Source of the DNA: Candidatus Moanibacter sp.
Lineage (GTDB): Bacteria; Verrucomicrobiota; Verrucomicrobiia; Opitutales; UBA2987
Assembly (NCBI GenBank): GCA_965215885.1
Contig: CBDCEW010000104.1
Coordinates: 96,001 to 160,000 of the forward strand
DNA: 64,000 nt
Direction of reading: 5' to 3'
This document shows positions 40,228-49,977 of the stretch, one piece after another. The stretch's first letter is position 1. Each line of letters starts with the position of its first letter. A model generated the notes under the pieces. The model did no database searches and was not told where the DNA came from. It saw only the letters and a program-made list of their open reading frames with translations. Both the position numbers and the translations under genes were made by a program.

Positions 40228-40263
40228 TTCGCGCTTATTGCGGGAATTTCACCGCCTCTTCGG

Positions 40264-42282
40264 TTATTGCAGTAACCTCCGGAGTTCCGATTCCCCGATT
40301 ATTGTAATCCCGAGTTTCTCTGCTTTTACGTATTTTGAACCGGCTGTTTCCCCTGCAAGCAGATAATTCGTCTTCTTGCTCACGCTTCCGGTGACTTTTC
40401 CGCCGGCACCCTCGATGAGAGCCTTGGCCTCCTCGCGCGTCATCGAGGGAAGGGTGCCGGTAATGACAAAAGTCAAATCTGCTAAACTCGTGGAAGAGGT
40501 TTCAATACTCGTCTCCCTTTCTGTTCTTAAGCCGAAATTTGCCAGACGCTCGATGATTCGCCGGTTGGATTGCTCTTCGAAAAATTGGCATATGCAAGCA
40601 GCCATGATTTCACCCACGCCGTCAACCTCGAGGAGATTATCTTCCGTCGCCTGCGTAAGCGCATGCAGACTCTCGAAATGTCCTGCAAGATCTTTGGCAC
40701 TGGTGGCTCCGACGTGAGGTATTCCCAGTCCGTGCAGCAGTCGCCACAGATCGGCCTCTTTGCTTGCCTCGATCGCATGGATCAGATTATCCGCCGATCG
40801 CTGAGCGAATTTCTCGAGATCTATAAGATCATTGACCTTCAACTCGTAAAGATCCGACACATCATGGATGAGTCTCCGGGTTACGAGTTGATCCACTACC
40901 GCTACGCCCAGCCCCTCAATGTCCATTGCCTGGCGTGAGGCGAAATGCTGTATGCGGCGACGAATCATCGATGGATCGTCTTCGGAAACGAGCCGCCATG
41001 CCACTTCACCAGGAACCCGCTTCCCGGAGATTCCCAGCTCGATAAGGCGCTGCGCGAAGTCGAAAGGTGCACAGTTCGCGGAACGCCTCTCGGGATTCAC
41101 GCGGACCACCGCGGGTATGATCTCTCCCGCTTTTTCCACGACCACCGTATCGCCCTCACGGATGTCTTTCCGCGCAATTTCATCGGCGTTGTGAAGGGTC
41201 GCTCGAGAGACCGTGGTGCCAGCCAGTTTAACCGGTTCAAGTTCTGCCACCGGCGTAAGAATACCGGTGCGTCCAACTTGGATGCTGATGCGTTTCAGTT
41301 GAGTTTCCGTCTGCTCAGCGGCGAATTTGTAAGATATGGCCCATCTCGGCGCTTTTGCGGTACTTCCGGCCGATACTTGCCTCACAAACTCATCGACTTT
41401 GATGACCGCACCATCGGTAGCGTAAAAGAACTCGCCTCGTAGAGTGTCCAGTTCCACAATGTGTTCCCATGCTTCCTCGATTCCTCGAACTCTCCAGTAT
41501 TTCTCCACCGTCGGCAGGTTCCACTCTTTAAGCTGCTCATGATACTTGCTCTGATGAGTAAAAGTAGGGGGATCACAAAAACCGAGCCCGTAGAGGACGA
41601 TTTCGAGTTTGCGCTGGGCGGCAACCTGAGGGTCCAGAAGCTTTATTGTTCCAGCAGCGAAGTTCCGCGGATTGGCGTAGAGGGGGAGGCCCTCTTTGGC
41701 CCTTTCGGAGTTGATGCGTTCAAACTCCTCCAAAGTCATATAGACCTCACCCCGAATCTCAATTAGTGTCGGGGGATTGCTCCCTACCAGTTCTGGGGGT
41801 AATGAGGAGATCCTGTTTACATTGACGGTTACATCATCGCCCTCAGTTCCGTTTCCGCGCGTCAGTGCGCGAACCAACCTGCCGTCGATGTATGTGAGAC
41901 TAACTGCCACACCGTCAATCTTTGGCTCCACCACGAAGTCAATGAGTTCGATTTCAAGCATCTTTTTAAGCCTTCGATCGAAGTCGTAGAGTTCGTCTTT
42001 GTTGTAAGTGTTGTCCAGACTGAGCATGGGCTGTCGGTGGGCGTGTGCCGTGAATCCTTCCAGCCTGTCGTCTCCCACCTTCTGTGTCGGCGAGTCGATT
42101 CGCCGTAGATCGGCAAACTCAGCCTCAAGATCGCTGAGCTCTCGTTTTAATCGATCATACTCATGATCACTGATCTCGGGTTGGAGACCCTGATGGGCTC
42201 GCCTGTGGTAGAGTTCATTGTGCCTCTCTACTTCTCTGCGGAGATACGCGATCTTCTTCTCAGCCTCTTCTGAAGAACTCAT
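40264..42282 (-). CDS. ligA: NAD-dependent DNA ligase
   Basis: EPKIDG, TRGNG, PRWAISYKF, ATLHN, C-terminal BRCT. Confidence 0.98.
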   Translation of the reverse strand: MSSSEEAEKKIAYLRREVERHNELYHRRAHQGLQPEISDHEYDRLKRELSDLEAEFADLRRIDSPTQKVGDDRLEGFTAHAHRQPMLSLDNTYNKDELYDFDRRLKKMLEIELIDFVVEPKIDGVAVSLTYIDGRLVRALTRGNGTEGDDVTVNVNRISSLPPELVGSNPPTLIEIRGEVYMTLEEFERINSERAKEGLPLYANPRNFAAGTIKLLDPQVAAQRKLEIVLYGLGFCDPPTFTHQSKYHEQLKEWNLPTVEKYWRVRGIEEAWEHIVELDTLRGEFFYATDGAVIKVDEFVRQVSAGSTAKAPRWAISYKFAAEQTETQLKRISIQVGRTGILTPVAELEPVKLAGTTVSRATLHNADEIARKDIREGDTVVVEKAGEIIPAVVRVNPERRSANCAPFDFAQRLIELGISGKRVPGEVAWRLVSEDDPSMIRRRIQHFASRQAMDIEGLGVAVVDQLVTRRLIHDVSDLYELKVNDLIDLEKFAQRSADNLIHAIEASKEADLWRLLHGLGIPHVGATSAKDLAGHFESLHALTQATEDNLLEVDGVGEIMAACICQFFEEQSNRRIIERLANFGLRTERETSIETSSTSLADLTFVITGTLPSMTREEAKALIEGAGGKVTGSVSKKTNYLLAGETAGSKYVKAEKLGITIIGESELRRLLQ

Positions 42283-42664
42283 GTTCCAATGTCTCCCGGT
42301 ATAAACTCCAACGGCTGTAAACGCTTACGGCGACTATTGCTCCGATTAAATCCGCCAGGATATCGGCCAATTCAAAATAGCGCTGTGGCGTCTGATATTG
42401 GTGCAGTTCGTCAATGAGTCCGTATACCGCCGTCACGCAGACTGCTATTAGACCCAACCTCCCCGGATTTGTGTGTCCCTCTCGGTAGCGGTAGATCAGA
42501 GTCGCGAGTAGCCCAAAGAGGAAGAAATGGGCGACTTTGTCAACTAATGGAATCCACAAGATTGGTGGCAGCTGCGGACCGCTTCTATCCGAGGCCCAGT
42601 AAATTACGGATGCGAGAAGGATGGGCCAGATAAGTCGGTATATCGATGAGTGTCCTCTTTGCAA
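42260..42664 (-). CDS. VanZ family protein
   Basis: DKVAHFFLFG, DELHQYQTPQR, DILAD. Confidence 0.9.
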   Translation of the reverse strand: MQRGHSSIYRLIWPILLASVIYWASDRSGPQLPPILWIPLVDKVAHFFLFGLLATLIYRYREGHTNPGRLGLIAVCVTAVYGLIDELHQYQTPQRYFELADILADLIGAIVAVSVYSRWSLYRETLEHEFFRRG

Positions 42665-42670
42665 TTGCGT

Positions 42671-43858
42671 TCAATCTTTCCGTGCCAGGTGAAGCAAGAC
42701 CAGTGAATATATGGGACTTCCAACCGCAGTCAGCGGTAGAAACCAGTACGCTTTTCCGATGGCTGACAGCAGAAGCACGAGATAGATGAAATCTCGGTTT
42801 CCCATCGCGTCCATTATGTGAGATACTGTGGACGTTCTTGACCGTACCACGGAAGTAAAAGCTGGAGCACTGCTTCGGTTCCATCTCAAGGTCTGCCTGT
42901 AAACGATCCATGCTGTCCACATCGTGCCCGCAACCGCGATTGCAGTGACCACCAGCGGCCACGTCGATTGCGAATTTAGACACCACCCGATCCCGATGCA
43001 GGAGAACACCGCCGCATGGACAAGGTTATCCCCCCAGAAATCCAAAATCATCCCTTGGCGTGACTCTTGAAATCTCAAACGCGCCAGTTCCCCGTCGCAA
43101 CCGTCGACGATGGCGTGGGTAAGAAAAATGATCGCTCCGATGAATTGGTAGGTTGCCTCCGACGAGAGGAAAAATGGGGCGCAAAGCAGGCCTAGCCCGA
43201 AGCTGAACAGAGTGATTGCGTTTGGTGAGATGGAGGTGGGCGCAAATCGACGTGAAATGGCCAGAGAGATTCGCCTGTTGATGCGACGGCACAAGAAGGA
43301 CTCACTATCCTTTACTAATCTTTCGAGAAGCCACGTCTCAGCTCGATGCACTTCGTCAGCGGAGTCCAGCACGAACCTCCCGGTTGCATCAGCTCCGAGG
43401 GGCTTCGTTTTGAGTGCCCTATTGAATTTTACTCCGAGCCCATCGACGGATTGACAAGATGATTGTAGGGGAGATATCCTCAATGGTTCCGCCACCTCGA
43501 TGACCGCTGCGCCTTCAGCGTCGCTGTAGATTCGGTCTGGTTCAAGAGGCATCGCCAACAGCGTTTTCAACCACTTCGAGTCCGGGAGTACATTCGGCGC
43601 GAGTAACAGCACACGTCCTGGATTAGAGAGCGTCAGGGGCTCATCGGAAAAGGCGACTTCAGTCGAAGTCTCGGAGAGGACTTGCTTCATTTGAACCGGT
43701 TCGGGCGTCAAGACCACGACATGCTCGATGCCTGCGCGAGCCGCCGAGAGAACACTCCGTCGGATCAAAGGAAGGCCGAGAAGTGGCAGCTCAGGCGAAA
43801 CCGCGTCGCCCGATTCGGGTCGTGAGGGTAGGATAACTAACTGTAGAGAGGCGTCCAT
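42671..43858 (-). CDS. CDP-alcohol phosphatidyltransferase with N-terminal nucleotidyltransferase-like domain
   Basis: SPNAIT and DGCDGELAR...G..LDFWGD; N-terminal LGLPLIRRSVLSAARAGI. Confidence 0.85.
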   Translation of the reverse strand: MDASLQLVILPSRPESGDAVSPELPLLGLPLIRRSVLSAARAGIEHVVVLTPEPVQMKQVLSETSTEVAFSDEPLTLSNPGRVLLLAPNVLPDSKWLKTLLAMPLEPDRIYSDAEGAAVIEVAEPLRISPLQSSCQSVDGLGVKFNRALKTKPLGADATGRFVLDSADEVHRAETWLLERLVKDSESFLCRRINRRISLAISRRFAPTSISPNAITLFSFGLGLLCAPFFLSSEATYQFIGAIIFLTHAIVDGCDGELARLRFQESRQGMILDFWGDNLVHAAVFSCIGIGWCLNSQSTWPLVVTAIAVAGTMWTAWIVYRQTLRWNRSSAPAFTSVVRSRTSTVSHIMDAMGNRDFIYLVLLLSAIGKAYWFLPLTAVGSPIYSLVLLHLARKD

Positions 43859-43861
43859 CTT

Positions 43862-44175
43862 ACGAATCTACCGGAATGAAATCGATTAAATCTTCCGAAC
43901 GAGGTATAAAGTCCGGCAGGCTGCTAGGAATCTGTCGGACTTGATTTCCGACAGATTCCTTTGAAGAAAATGAAACTGAGTTTTGGGACCAGTTGACTCA
44001 CACTATCGGTATCTGATGTTGAATCTGGCAAGGATAGCGAATGCCTTTTTCAGTGACTGTGACATAGTTGCCCCTATTTCGGCATTTGGAGTATTCTTGA
44101 ACCTTTTTCTGCCAAAACTCAGTTTCATTTTCTTGTTTCTAGAAGCCAGTCGGACGAAGTCCGACTGGCTTCTAG
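43862..44175. repeat. Mosaic MITE array (families A and B)
   Basis: Four abutting inverted-repeat units; the B unit at about 43964-44133 is homologous to about 25729-25888. Confidence 0.85.
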
Positions 44176-45200
44176 CCCGACCCTTCCCGACGTCCGATGT
44201 ATCCGGAGGTCTGAAACCAATCGACGCAATCCTTGATCGCCTTGCGGCAATCGCGCATTGGATGCAGTCCGAGTTCAATGGCCGAGTCCCTTCCGTCGAA
44301 GTGAAAAGACCGCTGGGTGAGTTTGACTCCAGTGACCGTGGCCATAGGAGGATGTCCCGTGGTGAGGTGGGTACGGAACCACTCTTCTATGTGGGCGAAC
44401 ACAAGCGCCAGTGAATAGGGAACGCGCCAGGCCGGTGCCGGGCGACTGACTAGCTCGGAAAGAAAGCGAAATAGTTCGAGAATCGTCCAGTTCTCGTGGA
44501 CGATTAGATAGCAGCGGCCGATTTCGCCGCTCTGTGCCGCCGTCCAGATCCCGGCGGCGACGTCCTTGACATCGACGAGATTCAAGTCTCCGTCCAGGTA
44601 GGCTTTGATCCGGCCGTTGCAGAAGTCGCAGATCATGCGAGACGGTGGCCCCATGTTTCGGTCACCTGGACCCATTGGGATACTCGGGCGGACGATGATG
44701 ACAGGATCACCGGCCTCAGCGGCTTCGCGTGCAGCCTGCTCCGCCAGCCATTTGCTGCGACAGTAAGGGCCGATCATCTCGTCCAGAGTGGTTTGGGTTT
44801 GTTCCGTAATGACACCCCTGAGTTCAGATGGAGAGAGAATTGATTCGGTTGAGACGTGCACCACGCGGCGTGCGCCGGCTTTCCGGGCGGCGCACAGCAC
44901 CCGTCGCGTGCCTTGGTGATTAACCTGTTCGAATTCGTCCGGGTCCCGAGCCCAGAGATTAGGGTTCGCAGCCAGATGTAGAACTACGTCGCAGCCGGCC
45001 ACTGCTTCCTCGACTGCATTCGCGTCGCGGAGGTCCGCGAAGACGATTTCTACATCGGCTTCGGGCAGGTGGGAAGTCGCGACTCCTGGTTTCTCCAGTA
45101 CCCGTACCGCTCGCTTTTCGGCTACAAGCCGCTGCACCAGGTGCGCGCCTACGAACCCAGCGCCTCCTGTCACCATGACCTTTCCTGGGTCTTCCTTCAT
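44172..45200 (-). CDS. NAD-dependent epimerase/dehydratase (HpnA/dihydroflavonol reductase-like)
   Basis: TGGAGFVG, YCRSK, MGPGD. Confidence 0.88.
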   Translation of the reverse strand: MKEDPGKVMVTGGAGFVGAHLVQRLVAEKRAVRVLEKPGVATSHLPEADVEIVFADLRDANAVEEAVAGCDVVLHLAANPNLWARDPDEFEQVNHQGTRRVLCAARKAGARRVVHVSTESILSPSELRGVITEQTQTTLDEMIGPYCRSKWLAEQAAREAAEAGDPVIIVRPSIPMGPGDRNMGPPSRMICDFCNGRIKAYLDGDLNLVDVKDVAAGIWTAAQSGEIGRCYLIVHENWTILELFRFLSELVSRPAPAWRVPYSLALVFAHIEEWFRTHLTTGHPPMATVTGVKLTQRSFHFDGRDSAIELGLHPMRDCRKAIKDCVDWFQTSGYIGRREGSG

Positions 45201-45203
45201 AAG

Positions 45204-46229
45204 TCAGTTCATTGAGGCGGGTGCGTTCACAACCGGAGCCACCACCAGTTCGTCGAGCCAGTGTCGAGAAGGTGTCGCCCGAATCGCTTCCATTCGCTTG
45301 ACCAGGGCATATACAAGGCGGTTCAGAGGTATAGCACGGTCGCCGGCGAGTTCGATCAGGTGGCCGTTGAAGTAATCGATCTCTGTGATGCCCCTGGAAA
45401 TGTCGCCCGACATGGAGCAGTAGGTATTCCGCAACGACAGTGAGAAGGGCCAGGCCATGATCCGCGCAAACAAAGGCAGCCGCAGTATCCTGTCTACCGT
45501 GTCGGGGTGGAATGGTCCGACAGTGCCCAGCGCTACCCCTGCTGCCTTCAGGATACCGTAATTCTCCCGCAAGATCCGGAAAAACAGTTTGCGTGCTTTA
45601 CTGATCGTCAAGAGTTGACCGTTGTCCAGTCCCGCTACTGCCGCGAGCGGACTGATCGCGGCATTGTACATCACTTTCGAGTATTTGTAAGGAAGGACGT
45701 CGGAAACTCTCTTCACCAGAAAGGTTCCGTGTCGTTCCAGTAACTCGATTATTTGCTCCACTTTAGGAGGCGCCGCACCTTCCTCGTTCCCACCCCATCG
45801 GCCGATGTGAAGATCGCCGCCCCTCGTGATCTCGGTGTGGGTTCGTTCTGGAAGACACTCGGAGACGAATGAGGATATACCTTCAAGGGCACTGCGTTTT
45901 ATTAGGGTTTGATCGAAGCCGTTCTGAAATGGAATGATGCTAACTGATGACGGGAGCCGATCGAGAACGGTCGCATTGGTGAAACATTTCGTGCAGAGGA
46001 TAATGATTGCCTCCTCGGAAGGGTACCATTCTTCAAAGTGCAGAAACGGCGCAGGCAGCAATGGACGGCGATCCAGTCCCACACCATGACGGTTTCCCCA
46101 ATCAACTTTCTGTGTGTTCGACTCGACGAAGGTGACATCGAGACCGCCTGCCAGCAGGGCATAGCCCACCGCGCATCCAATGCCCCCCGCTCCTACTACG
46201 AAGACGTCTGCGGAATGGCCATTTGGCAC
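45204..46229 (-). CDS. Ketopantoate reductase family protein
   Basis: GAGGIG, CTK, FQNG, KVMYN, SMSGDI...TEIDYFNG. Confidence 0.85.
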   Translation of the reverse strand: MPNGHSADVFVVGAGGIGCAVGYALLAGGLDVTFVESNTQKVDWGNRHGVGLDRRPLLPAPFLHFEEWYPSEEAIIILCTKCFTNATVLDRLPSSVSIIPFQNGFDQTLIKRSALEGISSFVSECLPERTHTEITRGGDLHIGRWGGNEEGAAPPKVEQIIELLERHGTFLVKRVSDVLPYKYSKVMYNAAISPLAAVAGLDNGQLLTISKARKLFFRILRENYGILKAAGVALGTVGPFHPDTVDRILRLPLFARIMAWPFSLSLRNTYCSMSGDISRGITEIDYFNGHLIELAGDRAIPLNRLVYALVKRMEAIRATPSRHWLDELVVAPVVNAPASMN

Positions 46230-46547
46230 TGAACGGGCCTTTCTCCCGGAATTTCACCCAGCTGTCTCCCATATGCCAGGGTGCTGCGCTCTGAGAAAGC
46301 CATCAGATTCCTGTCATCCAGGCTCCCGGGGAATTCCGGGTATTTACCTGCCGGTTTCGAATTCATTTCATTTCTTCGCCTTTCCTACAGAATTTTACAT
46401 CCATTACAGCGAATTATATCTTTCCTTTTGAAATTTGAACCGAAGATACAATTTTTTTCGAGCCTAATTCAGCATATAACAGTAATAAGGGACAGTCTTA
46501 AAGTTTCATCTCGACATCACACTCGATGTTTGATAGCAGAGCGCACA

Positions 46548-47549
46548 ATGAGAAAGAAACGATTGAAGATATCAGGTCGTTGCGCTGTATATCATTGCGT
46601 GACGCGAACGGTGAATAAGGAACGGCTCATTGATGATGTCGCTAAGGAAGTGCTGCGAAAGCAACTGTGGCAGATTGCTGATTTCAGCGGAGTTGAGGTG
46701 ATTACTTACTGCGTTATGAGTAGTCATTTTCACGTTCAAATTCGGGTGCCGGATCGGGAGCGAGTGAAGGTTTCGGACCAGGAACTGATGCGCAGGTATC
46801 GGGTGCTGTATCCGAGGCCCACACCATACCAACAGGCTGACGCCAAGGTATTGGAGATGAAACTGTTAGAGAACGGAGACGAGGCAGCCGCATTGAGGAA
46901 ACAGCTCCTGGAACGTATGCACGACGTCTCGCAGTTTATGAAGACGCTGAAGCAGCGGTTCTCAATCTGGTATAATCGCACCCACAATCGCGTTGGGACG
47001 CTTTGGAGCGAGCGATTCAAGAGCACATTGGTGGAGGGAACGGACGCGGCGATACGGATTACAGCAGCCTACATCGATTTGAATCCGATCCGCGCGAAGA
47101 TCGTAAGCGACCCTAAGGATTACCGATGGAGTGGGTATGGCGAGGCGATGGGAGGTTCAGTAAGAGCGCGCCATGGGATCGAAGAGAGCATACGGCGCAA
47201 CCAAAGCGAGGAGTTGAACTGGAGAAAAGCATCGAGCGAGTACCGCAAGCTCCTCTACTGCAAAGGAGCTTCACCGTCTTCGAGTGGAGGGACGACGATA
47301 CCAGACGAGAAATGGAGAAATGTGATACAGAAAGGTGGAAAAGTGCCAGTGGCGGCCGCTTTGCGCTGTCGGGTACGCTATTTCACCGATGGGGCGGTGC
47401 TCGGGTCAGAGGAGTTCGTGCAGGAAATATTTCAGGAATTCAAGAGTCAGTTCGGAACCAAGCGAAAGAGCGGACCAAGGCGAATGAAGGGGAGTGACTG
47501 GGAAGGCTTGACGGTGTTGAGGGACTTGAGGCGGGAAGTGTTTGGATAG
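46548..47549 (+). CDS. REP-associated tyrosine transposase (RAYT/Y1 HUH type)
   Basis: YHCVTRT, YCVMSSHFHV (HUH), GTLWSERFKS, YIDLNPIRA, DYRWSGY. Confidence 0.92.
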   Translation: MRKKRLKISGRCAVYHCVTRTVNKERLIDDVAKEVLRKQLWQIADFSGVEVITYCVMSSHFHVQIRVPDRERVKVSDQELMRRYRVLYPRPTPYQQADAKVLEMKLLENGDEAAALRKQLLERMHDVSQFMKTLKQRFSIWYNRTHNRVGTLWSERFKSTLVEGTDAAIRITAAYIDLNPIRAKIVSDPKDYRWSGYGEAMGGSVRARHGIEESIRRNQSEELNWRKASSEYRKLLYCKGASPSSSGGTTIPDEKWRNVIQKGGKVPVAAALRCRVRYFTDGAVLGSEEFVQEIFQEFKSQFGTKRKSGPRRMKGSDWEGLTVLRDLRREVFG

Positions 47550-47837
47550 GAGCGCCAGACTGCGAATCAGATCGCTGTTTCGCGATGTGATGTGGGATAG
47601 TGAGGGATTGGGCAGAATCTCCTCTTTTTCTTTTGTTGGAAAATTCGGTCAGGAAATGCCGGGAATCTGAGTCGGTGTATCTTGTTTTGTAATTGTGCAT
47701 TGGACTCGGGATCGATTTGCGAGCGGTTGCGGGGAGGAAAGAGGAGAACTGGCCTGCACAGCATGGTTAATGGGGCCGCCCGCTAGAACTCGATGATGGG
47801 GGAAAAGACGTAGTCGATTAATTGGGTATGATTACGA

Positions 47838-48065
47838 AATAAGGCGCCTACGGCCGGTTTGCCGATACTGAGGGGTGCCGTAGAGGCACAACAATGGCTT
47901 TGCGGACCACCAGAGTTGATCGTTGAAAAGATGATGAAGATTCAGGAACGCTATCCGGGACTTGAAGAAGTGCACCTAAGCAGCTGCATAGGCACTCCCA
48001 AGAGTGTGATTTTGGAGCAACTGGAATGGGTGGGCAAAGATGTCATGCCGGCGTTTAAAAGCTAG
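47838..48065 (+). pseudogene. C-terminal fragment of an LLM-class flavin-dependent oxidoreductase
   Basis: WLCGPPELIVEK...LEQLEWVGKDVMPAF is a typical LLM C-terminus; no 5' part is present. Confidence 0.75.
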
Positions 48066-49957
48066 AAACTGTACTTAATACCGATTCGTGCGCGGATGCC
48101 GGTAGCGGGAAACCCAACTGCTTCCTCAAAGTCCTCGTCGAGGAGATTTTCAATGGCGATTCGCACGACAATATTCTCCCGGGGTCGGTGCGTCAGGGCT
48201 GCATCGAGTCGTGTGTAGCCATCGAGGAACAAACCCCCGGTAGGGATGGACGATTCATAGAACTCGTCCAGCACGAGCGCACTTGTCACCAGGTTCCACT
48301 TATCATTCATTTTCCAATCGACGACGGCGCCACCGCGCCATTTCGGACGACCACGCAATTTGGCATCGCTATCCACAATCTCGGTATCGGTATAGGATAA
48401 ATGACCGCGCAGTTGCAGACTCCTGTTCAGCGGCAGTCGGACAGTGAATTCTGCTCCCTTTGTGAAGACATTCGAGCGATTGACCGTTCTGAAAAGCTCG
48501 GGGTCGAAATCAACCAGGTTCTCATATTCATTGCGAAAAACGCTTATCCCGATCTGACCGTTTGAATCGCCTAACCGTCGCGTAATGTTGAAGTCTACGC
48601 TGGTGGCTGTTTCGGAAATCAGAGCGGGATTGCCAACCAATGGATGTGCCAGGGCAAAGAAGCTCGGTGCTTTGAAGCCCTGCCCCCAATTTGCGCGAAT
48701 TTCGGTACGTTCATCTGTGAACTTGTACAAGGCGCCGACCCGAGCACTCGTTTCGCCGGCAATTTTATCGGGGTTATCCCAGCGCAATCCACCCTGTAGC
48801 ACGAGCGGGCCCCGGCTCAGGCTGATCTCAGAAAAGGCGCTTATCGTATCTCGTTTAAGCTCAAAACTTGCCGACAGTGGGAATCCAATATTCAGAATGC
48901 CAGTGCTTTCTCCGTCTTCCCTTTGCCATTCTGCTCCGGCCAGAAAGGAGAATCCGCGTTCACTTTTCACACCGATACTGGTAACGATTTGATTGCGACT
49001 GAATGCGGTATCTGCCGAATTTGGGGGCACGCCGTTGAATACACCTGGCACGATTCCCGGCGAGGTGCTGGTCTCTCCGCGTTTGTAATGAATGCCGGCA
49101 ATATCGAATTTCCAGCTGGCGGCGAATTCGTGTTCGAGAAAGACGCGCACATGCGACTCCTCAATTGTCTTATCGTCGACCTCACGGATAACGGCGAAGC
49201 GGGGGCCTCCACTGTCCTCCGGGAAGCTGGTGCTCTCGGAATGCTGATACCGAAATGTAAGACCAACCTGCGTCCGATCGGATAAGCGGGCCGTCATTCT
49301 CCCGGTTGTACCCCATCCCTCGTAGTCAGCACCTTCCACATCTCCTTCGTCCTTGAGGGCGTGCAACTCAAATCCGGCGGCGACTTTGCCGCGTTGACCT
49401 GCGACCGTCAATTGCGCGGACGCGTATCCGTAGGAGCCGACATCAAAGGCGAATTTGTCGAGGGGTGCATCATACTGCGTAATGATATTGATAACACCGG
49501 CCAGCGCATCGGAACCGTAAATGGCGGACATGGGTCCCCGGACGATCTCAATGCGTTCGATGCCGGCCAGGTCGAGACTTGAGAAGTCGTAAGAACCTCC
49601 GCGTGTGTTCGTAGGATCGTTCACCTTAACGCCGTCAATCAACACAACTGTGAAGTTTGGCTCGCCCCCGCGTAGCAGGAGGCTGGTGACGCCACCGCGC
49701 CCTCCCTGCTGGATGATGTTGATGCCGGCAACTTGCACAACTTGCCGTAGAAGCTCGGTTACACTGGACGCGTTTCGACTGTTAATCCGGTCTCGTGAGA
49801 TGACTTCGATGGATGGCGTCAACTCATCGGCCGATGAATCCAGGCGAGACGCTGTTACGATCAACGTCTCCAGCAATTCGGTGTCCTCTTCGGCCCTCAC
49901 CGACAATGAGGACAGAACCAGGAGCGACAAGGAGGCATGTAGGAGTTTTTCCCTCAC
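48062..49957 (-). CDS. TonB-dependent receptor (BtuB-like)
   Basis: Signal peptide, IVTASR, plug IERIEIVRGPMSAIYGSDALAGVINIIT, ENLLD, terminal F. Confidence 0.93.
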   Translation of the reverse strand: MREKLLHASLSLLVLSSLSVRAEEDTELLETLIVTASRLDSSADELTPSIEVISRDRINSRNASSVTELLRQVVQVAGINIIQQGGRGGVTSLLLRGGEPNFTVVLIDGVKVNDPTNTRGGSYDFSSLDLAGIERIEIVRGPMSAIYGSDALAGVINIITQYDAPLDKFAFDVGSYGYASAQLTVAGQRGKVAAGFELHALKDEGDVEGADYEGWGTTGRMTARLSDRTQVGLTFRYQHSESTSFPEDSGGPRFAVIREVDDKTIEESHVRVFLEHEFAASWKFDIAGIHYKRGETSTSPGIVPGVFNGVPPNSADTAFSRNQIVTSIGVKSERGFSFLAGAEWQREDGESTGILNIGFPLSASFELKRDTISAFSEISLSRGPLVLQGGLRWDNPDKIAGETSARVGALYKFTDERTEIRANWGQGFKAPSFFALAHPLVGNPALISETATSVDFNITRRLGDSNGQIGISVFRNEYENLVDFDPELFRTVNRSNVFTKGAEFTVRLPLNRSLQLRGHLSYTDTEIVDSDAKLRGRPKWRGGAVVDWKMNDKWNLVTSALVLDEFYESSIPTGGLFLDGYTRLDAALTHRPRENIVVRIAIENLLDEDFEEAVGFPATGIRARIGIKYSF

Positions 49958-49977
49958 ACCATTCTGTTTAGGGAGGA

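Noticed and set aside
46281..46547. 89-aa N-terminal extension of the RAYT
   Set aside because: AT-rich and non-protein-like; family similarity begins at ATG 46548.
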